From Candidatus Helarchaeota archaeon (GTDB lineage Archaea; Asgardarchaeota; Lokiarchaeia; Helarchaeales; RDOG01), in NCBI GenBank assembly GCA_019058315.1, contig JAHPZH010000001.1, positions 149,466-213,465 of the forward strand: 64,000 bases of DNA, given 5' to 3'. Positions 48,306 to 55,986 of the stretch are shown one piece after another. The translations under genes and the position numbers were made by a program. Below the pieces are notes generated by a model that saw only the letters and a list, made by a program, of their open reading frames with translations, searched no databases and was not told where the DNA came from. How positions within the stretch are numbered: the first letter of the stretch is position 1; every line of letters starts with the position of its first letter.

Positions 48306-50111
48306 ATGGGAAAAGATTTAGCTTTTAAAAAAGATGAAGTCGCAGGCGAAAGTCGTTATAAGTACGAACTTTCTGAAATTGCAAAAAAGTTTCTTCCAAT
48401 AGAAAAAGAAAGGTTAATTTATCGAACCATGAAAAAAGTCTTTGATATTGATCCTATGTCCATTATTGATCCTAAGATGTATCATCGCGGGGGATATAGG
48501 CAGTTAAGCTCAAAGAAAAAATTTACTGAATTAGGGAAACAAATAGCAAAAGAAAGAGGAATTCCGGCATATAGTAGATCCGTAGGGATTCCCTTAGGTC
48601 AAAGGGCTTTGGAGCCCTATGTAATATCTGGTACAGAGATTATTGTAGATTATGATGACTTACATCATGTTAATAATGCAGCCATACAGCAAATGCTTGA
48701 TGATGTTAAGCGAACAGTAATCCTCAATTTAGATCTACCTCATCAAGTATTACAAGTTAGAGCAGGAAAAGAAATAACACCTGAAACTGTTAATTTATAC
48801 TTAGAAACTTGTCAGCATACAATAGCAGGAGGAGCTGTAGCACAAGAACACATGGCAGAAATTAATCCTGGTCTTACTAGTGATTCTTATGTAAAAGTTA
48901 TAACTGGAAGTGATGAAGTTAAAGACAATTTGGATAGACGATATCTAATCGATATAGATAAACTCTTTCATCCTACTCGAGCTGAAGCTTTAAAAAATGC
49001 GATTGGTAATACGATGTTTATGGTAGCAAGAGTTCCTACAATAACAGTTCGTATGGGTGATGGAGGAGTTGTTTACAGATGGGCAGCTATGCAATCTTCA
49101 ATGGCATTTATTTCTGCATACCATCTAACTGGAGAGTCAATAATTTCAGATATAGCATTTGCTGCAAAATCTGCTCAATGTATTGTGATGGGAGAAAGAA
49201 CTTGGTATTCTCGTGCGAGAAGCCAAAATGAACCTGGAGGAATTCCATTTGGATACATAGCTGATATATGTCAATGTTTTTCGGCCCTTCCTGCCGGAAG
49301 AAGTTTTATTGATATTATAGTAGATGATATTGAAGAAGGAAGAAAATATTTACATGCTATGGCAGAAGGTTTGGGAACTGTAGGTACTCTTTTAACAGAA
49401 TTACTTTGGTATGGCTTTTATATGTCTGGCGGACTTGGATTTTCTACAGGAGTAGCCGCAGGTGCTTATTGTGGTAATGTAATCGAAGATTTCGTAGATT
49501 CTTTATCGGAATTAATACATAAATATATGAAAGGAGTAAGGAAAGTTCCTCCTAAATGGGATACTGTAAGATGGATTATCGACACTTCTATCCAAATTAT
49601 GATGGAAACATATGAAAAATATCCTAGCCTCATGGAATACCATTGGGGAGGGGCTCATAGAATTTCACTGATTGGCGGGCTTGCTGGAAATACTGCCTCT
49701 ATGCTTACTGGCTCACCAATTTTAGGTCTTGCTGGAATAAATTATACTATAGCATTACTCATGAAGGAAGGTTGGGTTAGAACTGGCTGGGCAGGACAAG
49801 AAGTCCAAGACCATGTAGGTCTTGCCTATTCTATGGCCTTAAGGATGGAAGAAGGTGGAGTTCCTGAATTAAGAGGTGCGAATTACCCAGTCGCCTCATA
49901 TACCGCTGGACATAGTGCAAGTTATATCGGGGCATGTCTAACATCGGCTATGGCAAGGGGTGATGCATTCGTTTGCAGTCCTCAAGTTAAAGTTGCATTT
50001 GCAGATCCTCATTTAATATTTGATTTCCGTAATCCCAGGTTGGAAATTGCAAAGGCTTGTCTAAAAGAATTTAAACCAGCTGGAGAAAGAAATTTAATAT
50101 CTGCACTTTAA
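48306..50111 (+). CDS. mcrA: Alkyl-coenzyme M reductase alpha subunit (divergent McrA)
   Basis: DDLHHVNNAAIQQ, AVAQEHM, RWAAMQ, NEPGG, YMSGGLGF, HWGGAHR, RTGWAGQEVQDH, ELRGANYP, KVAFAD, F.PAGER. Confidence 0.97.
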   Translation: MGKDLAFKKDEVAGESRYKYELSEIAKKFLPIEKERLIYRTMKKVFDIDPMSIIDPKMYHRGGYRQLSSKKKFTELGKQIAKERGIPAYSRSVGIPLGQRALEPYVISGTEIIVDYDDLHHVNNAAIQQMLDDVKRTVILNLDLPHQVLQVRAGKEITPETVNLYLETCQHTIAGGAVAQEHMAEINPGLTSDSYVKVITGSDEVKDNLDRRYLIDIDKLFHPTRAEALKNAIGNTMFMVARVPTITVRMGDGGVVYRWAAMQSSMAFISAYHLTGESIISDIAFAAKSAQCIVMGERTWYSRARSQNEPGGIPFGYIADICQCFSALPAGRSFIDIIVDDIEEGRKYLHAMAEGLGTVGTLLTELLWYGFYMSGGLGFSTGVAAGAYCGNVIEDFVDSLSELIHKYMKGVRKVPPKWDTVRWIIDTSIQIMMETYEKYPSLMEYHWGGAHRISLIGGLAGNTASMLTGSPILGLAGINYTIALLMKEGWVRTGWAGQEVQDHVGLAYSMALRMEEGGVPELRGANYPVASYTAGHSASYIGACLTSAMARGDAFVCSPQVKVAFADPHLIFDFRNPRLEIAKACLKEFKPAGERNLISAL

Positions 50112-50124
50112 AGATGGTGGTTAA

Positions 50125-50631
50125 ATGAGTAAAATTGGAAAACCTGCATTAGAAATAGGTTATGATTACAAAGAATTAGAAGAAAATTGGTGGAAAAGTA
50201 GGGATTGGCTTTTTCCTCGAGAAGAAGAACCAACTGCATTTGAAGCTATGCATGATTTCATGATAAATCGTATAGTTCCAAGTCCAAAAGCTGTAGAAAT
50301 TGCTGGATATTTTGTCCCTAGAATTATATTATTAGAAGTTCTACACCCTAAAAGAGGATCCGAATTTGTTAGAATAATGTTAAGCCCTACTGATATTGCT
50401 CCAGGAGTCCCAGATGCAGAATCAGATCTTATAATTAAAATTCAATATTATGATCTAATGCGAGTTCTGGATGCAGAAGAAGGATTTGATGTTATGACCC
50501 CACTTTGGGGCGGAAATGCCTTTTTAATAGGAAATGTTACAGCAGGTCTGGATCTTAAAGATCTTTTGGATGCCGCAAATAACAAACCACACATCGATAG
50601 ACCTAGAATCTGGCCTATGGGTAATCCTTAA
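50125..50631 (+). CDS. Putative SCP2-like lipid-binding protein in the acr operon
   Basis: SDLIIKIQYYDLMRVLD..FDVMTPLWGGNAFLIGNVTAGLDLKDLL follows the SCP2 C-terminal pattern; 13 bp after acrA; GGTGG RBS. Confidence 0.55.
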   Translation: MSKIGKPALEIGYDYKELEENWWKSRDWLFPREEEPTAFEAMHDFMINRIVPSPKAVEIAGYFVPRIILLEVLHPKRGSEFVRIMLSPTDIAPGVPDAESDLIIKIQYYDLMRVLDAEEGFDVMTPLWGGNAFLIGNVTAGLDLKDLLDAANNKPHIDRPRIWPMGNP

Positions 50632-50643
50632 TTATACTTTTTA

Positions 50644-51717
50644 ATGGTTAATCGACTATATTATTTAAAGACAAATAAAGTGATTGCACGAGTGGTACTT
50701 GTTTCTATAGTTAAAGGTAAAAATCATTATTCAACTACTAAAAAAGCTTTAGAATTAATTTCAGACCAAATACCTCAGATCAGAAAAAAAGTTTTAATAA
50801 ACCCAAATCTCCTAACTGATAAAAAAATGGAAGCTGTGGTCACAAATCCAAGAGTCTGTATGGCTATAGCCGATTTTTTATATGAAAAGTACGGAACAGG
50901 CAAAAAAATCACCCTTGGAGCAGGAACTACCGCTGGAGAATCAATGAATGCAATAAAAAATAATGAATATCTTAATTTTTTAAATACAAAGTTTCTATTA
51001 GAAAAACCATGGTTACCTATAGATTTGAATAATGATAAGACGGGCGAATGGTTTCCCATTTTTACTCCCGGTCTTGACTATAAAATGGAGCTGGGAATTG
51101 CGAAAAATGCCATCAATACTGACTATTTAGTTAGTGCGGCAAAATTAAAGACACATGATGTTCTAGGATTCACTTTAACCCTGAAAAACCTCATGGGTGC
51201 TTTGAGTGAAGGACGTAGAACCGATACACATGAAATCATTGTTAAAGGTAAAAAAACAAAACCACAAATGCATGGTTTTGGCAATAATAATCCAAATACA
51301 TTAACAGAGGAACAAAATACGGGTGTGTCTAAACTTGCATTAGCAATAAATATTATTAGAATGGGAAAAATTCTATTCAAAAATCGTCCACATCTCGCAG
51401 TATTAGATGCAATTACGGCAATGGAGGGTGATGGACCATTATCTCATGGGATACCCAAACAACTCAATTTAATAATTGCAGGTACTGATGTTATTGCTGT
51501 TGATAGGGTTGCATGTGAAATTGCTGGTTCGGGAAAAACAATTCAATATATACTACAAGCTGGTAAAGTGGGTATTGGTGAAGCAAATTTGGATAATATT
51601 GAAATAGTTGGAGAAACTATTGATAATGTGAAGAATGAATTAAAGATGCATAGATTATTTAAATTCTCAGATTTTTCCCAAAAAGAACTCCGCATTCTAG
51701 ATGATTATACTATTTAA
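50644..51717 (+). CDS. DUF362 family protein
   Basis: VLINPNL, TNP, AKLKTH, TLTLKNLMG, DAITAMEGDGP, IAGTDVIAVD. The true start may be slightly downstream. Confidence 0.85.
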   Translation: MVNRLYYLKTNKVIARVVLVSIVKGKNHYSTTKKALELISDQIPQIRKKVLINPNLLTDKKMEAVVTNPRVCMAIADFLYEKYGTGKKITLGAGTTAGESMNAIKNNEYLNFLNTKFLLEKPWLPIDLNNDKTGEWFPIFTPGLDYKMELGIAKNAINTDYLVSAAKLKTHDVLGFTLTLKNLMGALSEGRRTDTHEIIVKGKKTKPQMHGFGNNNPNTLTEEQNTGVSKLALAINIIRMGKILFKNRPHLAVLDAITAMEGDGPLSHGIPKQLNLIIAGTDVIAVDRVACEIAGSGKTIQYILQAGKVGIGEANLDNIEIVGETIDNVKNELKMHRLFKFSDFSQKELRILDDYTI

Positions 51718-51838
51718 ATTAATTATTTCATTTCAATATTTACTAATTTTTAAAAATTTATAAAAGTAAATAGTTAAATTAGGGGATTTAATTCACATAT
51801 TATTAGAATTTACCTAAAACTAAAAGGAGGTTTTAAAA

Positions 51839-52141
51839 TTGCCAAGGGACAAAGTTATTTATCAAGGAACTTTAAAGGGAATCGTATCTTCAAAACAGAT
51901 GCTCGTCGCTGAGTATCGAATTATTTTCCTTTTAAAATTGGAAGAAAAAATCGAAGGTATACCAGAAGAAATTCCAGTATTATCACAAATCGTTGGAATG
52001 AAGAGATTTCTTTATATTGAAGAGGGAGATCGCGTAATTGTTCATGGGAAATTTGTACAGAGACCTACATTTTGGAAAGATGATCATTTTGGAATGAATG
52101 CTGACCATATATATAATTTTACTCGTAAATGTGGACTTTAA
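51839..52141 (+). CDS. Small OB-fold-like protein
   Basis: GTLKGIV..IEEGDRVIVHGKF..ADHIYN; AGGAGG RBS. Confidence 0.55.
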   Translation: MPRDKVIYQGTLKGIVSSKQMLVAEYRIIFLLKLEEKIEGIPEEIPVLSQIVGMKRFLYIEEGDRVIVHGKFVQRPTFWKDDHFGMNADHIYNFTRKCGL

Positions 52142-52190
52142 TAGAACAATTAGAATATTGCTATTTTTTTATGGTTTTATTACTGTAAAT

Positions 52191-53213
52191 CTAATCCAAT
52201 TTTAATTTTTTTCTAATAATTTTTTCATAACTGTTGATAAAATATTTTTTAGCGGATTCTTTCAGAGTTCCCAAACTTTTCATTCCTTTTTTTTGAACTC
52301 GTGCCCATTCCTTGGCAAATTTACCAGATTCTATCTGTTTAAGTCCCCTCTGCATCTTTTCCATAAGTGGGAGATCGATGAAGTTTGCACCTCTAGTTAA
52401 GCTACCATATTGTGAAGTTGGTGAGTGGAAGTCCATTTGTTTAATTATTCCTGTTTCTGCCATTTCCTTTATTGTAAAACTAAGTTCACCACTCATATAT
52501 AGTTCTACAAATACTGCTTCTGGGGGGTAACCTGCCTCTATTAAGCATTTGATCGAGTTAGAAAGGACTTGACCAAACGCAGGTCCAAATGCTTGTTCTG
52601 TAAATAGATCTAAAACAGCTTCTTGATAAAAAGTAGTTTCTATAGCTCCTTTTTTCGTTGTGCCAAGAGCTTTAGCCAATTCTAGAAGTATTTGTTTAGC
52701 ATTACCCGAGGCATCTTGATAAACTGCAATAAAACTATAAAAACCTTCACCATTTAAATAAGTTTCACGAACTCCTACACCAATCATTCTTGGTGCAACC
52801 ATTATGACATCTACGAAATCAGGTGGTTTTAAATTTGTGATATCTTGAAATGCAATGTTATATCCCGTAGCAAAATTTATAACCATATTTTTTCGAAGAT
52901 TGGGTATTATATCTTGGTTAAATACTTCACCTTGGATCTCATCTGGTATTAAAATCATTATTATATCCGATTTCTTAGTTGCTTCAGCTATTGAATATAC
53001 TTTAAAACCATCTTTTTCTGCTAATTTCTTATAATCATCCTCAATGTTACCTATTATAACATTAAGTTCACTATCGCGTAGATTTAATGCTTCCGCCCTT
53101 CCTTGATTTCCATAGCCAATAACCCCTATGGTTTTATTTTTTATAATCTTAATTTCAACATCTTTATCAAAATAAATATTTGCGGTACATTTTTCTACTA
53201 TTTTCTTTTCCAA
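52191..53213 (-). CDS. ilvC: Ketol-acid reductoisomerase (short, class I)
   Basis: GYGNQG, NLRDS, LIPDE, MVAPRMIG, TFYQE..DLFTEQ, EAGYPPE, SPTSQYG. Confidence 0.9.
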   Translation of the reverse strand: MEKKIVEKCTANIYFDKDVEIKIIKNKTIGVIGYGNQGRAEALNLRDSELNVIIGNIEDDYKKLAEKDGFKVYSIAEATKKSDIIMILIPDEIQGEVFNQDIIPNLRKNMVINFATGYNIAFQDITNLKPPDFVDVIMVAPRMIGVGVRETYLNGEGFYSFIAVYQDASGNAKQILLELAKALGTTKKGAIETTFYQEAVLDLFTEQAFGPAFGQVLSNSIKCLIEAGYPPEAVFVELYMSGELSFTIKEMAETGIIKQMDFHSPTSQYGSLTRGANFIDLPLMEKMQRGLKQIESGKFAKEWARVQKKGMKSLGTLKESAKKYFINSYEKIIRKKLKLD

Positions 53214-53242
53214 AAATAACGACTCCTGAAAATAAAATTAGC

Positions 53243-54655
53243 TTATTTCTTTTTTTCGCCTGTTAAAAATTTGGGATCAAAAATTTTATTTAGTTCTTCT
53301 TTTGTTAAAAGCCCTTTTTGAAGAACCAATTCAAAAATTGATATATTCTTTTCTAGAGACTCTTTAGCTACTTTTGCTGCCTCTAAATAACCAATATAAG
53401 GATTAAGGAATGTTGCTAAAGCTGTATTTTTATCTAGATAATGTAAGCATTTTTCTTTATTTGCCGTTATTCCTAATATACATTTCTCAATAACATTAGG
53501 TAAATAATTAATAAGAATTTGAATAGATTGGAGCACATTATGAATAATTACTGGCATCATTACATTTAATTCAAGTTGTCCTGCTTGAACTGCCATACTT
53601 ACAGTTAGATCATTTCCTACAATTTGAAATGCTACCATATTAAGACATTCTAATATGACAGGATTGACTTTTCCTGGCATAATAGAAGAACCAGGCTGAA
53701 CGGCAGGTAATTTAATTTCAGCAAGGCCAGTTGTAGGTCCAGAACTTAATAATCGAAGATCATTTGCAATACGAATTAATTCTAAAGCTAACTCTTTTAA
53801 ACTACTTGATATAGCTGCCATTCCGACCATACTTTGCATCACTTGACGAAGATCCTTGGGTTTTTTTAATTTTAGATCCGTCAATTCCTTTAATTTTTTG
53901 AGTATTAGATCTTGATATTTTGGATGAGTATTAACACCAGTACCCACAGCAGACCCACCTATTGCAAGTTCCTCGAGTATTTCACCACTTGATTTAATAC
54001 GTCCAATTAGTCTTTTAATGGACTCACTATATGCTAGAAATTCAAAACCTAATGTAGTTGGAACTGCATCTTGTAAATGTGTTCTGCCCGATTTCAAAAT
54101 ATCTTTAAATTCATTCCCTTTATCTAATAATATTGATTGCAAATCTTCTAAAATTGGATATAACTCTTTTAATGACAATAAAGTCGCAATATGCATAGCA
54201 GTAGGAAATGTATCGTTTGTACTCTGAGACATATTTACATGGTCATTTGGGTTAATTTTACTATAATCACCCCTGCTTGATCCCATAATCTCCAAAGCTC
54301 GGTTTGCGATAACCTCATTAACATTCATATTAAAAGAAGTGCCGGCTCCAGCTTGATATACGTCTACAACAAATTGTTCTCGAAACTTACCTTCTAAAAT
54401 TTCATCACAAGCTTGTACTATACTATTGCCTATTTCTTCATCTAATCGCATTAATTCTATATGACATAATGCAGCGGCTTTTTTTATAAAAACATATGCT
54501 TTAATGAAATTAGGATGTTCTTTTATTCCACTTACTGGAAAATTTTCTAAAGCTCTTTGCGTTTGTATGCCGTAATATACATGAGCTGGAATCTTCTTTT
54601 CTCCTAATGAATCTACTTCGATGCGATATATTGTTTGTTCGGTTTCTTCTCCCAA
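53243..54655 (-). CDS. Aspartate ammonia-lyase / class II fumarase family
   Basis: GAGTSFNMNVNEV, SQSTNDTFPT, GRTHLQDA, GSSIMPGKVNP. AspA versus FumC cannot be resolved by eye. Confidence 0.9.
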   Translation of the reverse strand: MGEETEQTIYRIEVDSLGEKKIPAHVYYGIQTQRALENFPVSGIKEHPNFIKAYVFIKKAAALCHIELMRLDEEIGNSIVQACDEILEGKFREQFVVDVYQAGAGTSFNMNVNEVIANRALEIMGSSRGDYSKINPNDHVNMSQSTNDTFPTAMHIATLLSLKELYPILEDLQSILLDKGNEFKDILKSGRTHLQDAVPTTLGFEFLAYSESIKRLIGRIKSSGEILEELAIGGSAVGTGVNTHPKYQDLILKKLKELTDLKLKKPKDLRQVMQSMVGMAAISSSLKELALELIRIANDLRLLSSGPTTGLAEIKLPAVQPGSSIMPGKVNPVILECLNMVAFQIVGNDLTVSMAVQAGQLELNVMMPVIIHNVLQSIQILINYLPNVIEKCILGITANKEKCLHYLDKNTALATFLNPYIGYLEAAKVAKESLEKNISIFELVLQKGLLTKEELNKIFDPKFLTGEKKK

Positions 54656-54831
54656 ATTTATGACCTCTAATGTTGATGTTAATTTATCTTAAAAAAAACT
54701 TTAAATAATTTTTGGAGGGTTATGGAAAATTCCATTCAACTTAGATTATAATATTTTTTATTTTTTCCAAACTTTTTAATAAAATGTTTCATTATCAATA
54801 GTCCCCTTAATAATATGGGAGTAATTCTCAA

Positions 54832-55953
54832 GTGTTGATTGTTATGCAATCAGATAACAAAAGTATAGCGGACATAATTTCTGAAATGATAATAAATGAT
54901 ATTACAAGTAAATTTTCCGAATTTAAAAAAGAAACATTAGGTGGAATAATTGATTTAGGTGAGGACCTAAAGAATTTGGAGACACAATACAATTTAATAA
55001 AAAATGAATTTGGTGATTATCAGAAACAAACAATCAAAGAAATAAATGACTTATCTGAAAATATAACAAATAGATATTCTAATAATCAAGAATTAATTCA
55101 AGAGCAACATAACAAGATCGAAAATTTGGTAACTGAAGCAGTAGGGAATAATTCAAAATCTATTACATCCAAAGTAGAATCTCTCACTGAAGTCACAAAT
55201 AAATTAATGGATTCCTTAAAAAGTGATTTAAATGAAATATCAAATAATTCAGCTAAGAATACAGAAGTAATTGAGGGACAAATTGAGAAGGTAATTATAA
55301 AATTTGAAAATAAACTAAATGAGAATTTAAAAGAAATTGAAAAATCAATTAAAAATTTAGAAGAATTTTCGGATTATTATAAAAAGAATGCAAGTGAAAT
55401 GGGAGATAAAATAGATAAGATTGAAGAATTGATAAAAACACAAGAGGAGAAATATACGAACCTAAATTCAAGTTTCGAAGAATTCCGCCAAAAACAAGAA
55501 TCAATTTTACAAATCATGGAAGAACTTTCTGGTAAATTTAGTCGAATTAAAAGTATTGACATGTTCTCTAAATCAAAAACACCAACTAAGTTAAAGGTAA
55601 TAAAAAGTTCTGATATCGGAGTGTTCAGCTCTCCTAAATTAGAATTTTCACCAAAATTCAAAAGCGAGAGTAGTAGAAATGCAACGATTGATTGTTTAAT
55701 CCAACTTGAAAAAATAGCTAATCAGGAAGGAATTACTGGTAATGAAATCAAAAAATATACCCAAGACGCAAGAGATATAGTCTTTGAAAATCTCCTTCAA
55801 AGAGGGGCTATTATGGAACTACTCAAAGAAGGCATCATGATTTTTAAAAAAAATCCAGATAATATTGATACAGGATATATAAAAGGTTTTGCTAGACAAT
55901 TAAATATATATCGCAAAGTGTGTGAAAACGCACCAATTGATAGTTTAGAATAA
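54832..55953 (+). CDS. Long coiled-coil protein with small C-terminal helical domain
   Basis: About 230 aa of E/K/N/I/L heptad sequence, an S/K/P linker, then a helical C-terminus; probable start ATG at 54844. Confidence 0.6.
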   Translation: MLIVMQSDNKSIADIISEMIINDITSKFSEFKKETLGGIIDLGEDLKNLETQYNLIKNEFGDYQKQTIKEINDLSENITNRYSNNQELIQEQHNKIENLVTEAVGNNSKSITSKVESLTEVTNKLMDSLKSDLNEISNNSAKNTEVIEGQIEKVIIKFENKLNENLKEIEKSIKNLEEFSDYYKKNASEMGDKIDKIEELIKTQEEKYTNLNSSFEEFRQKQESILQIMEELSGKFSRIKSIDMFSKSKTPTKLKVIKSSDIGVFSSPKLEFSPKFKSESSRNATIDCLIQLEKIANQEGITGNEIKKYTQDARDIVFENLLQRGAIMELLKEGIMIFKKNPDNIDTGYIKGFARQLNIYRKVCENAPIDSLE

Positions 55954-55986
55954 TTATTTAAAAAATTAAAAATAATAATAATTTTT

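Noticed and set aside
46070-50111. Canonical methanogen or ANME methyl-CoM reductase
   Set aside because: Active-site motifs are of the divergent alkyl type, mcrC and mcrD are absent, and the genomic context is Asgard-like.
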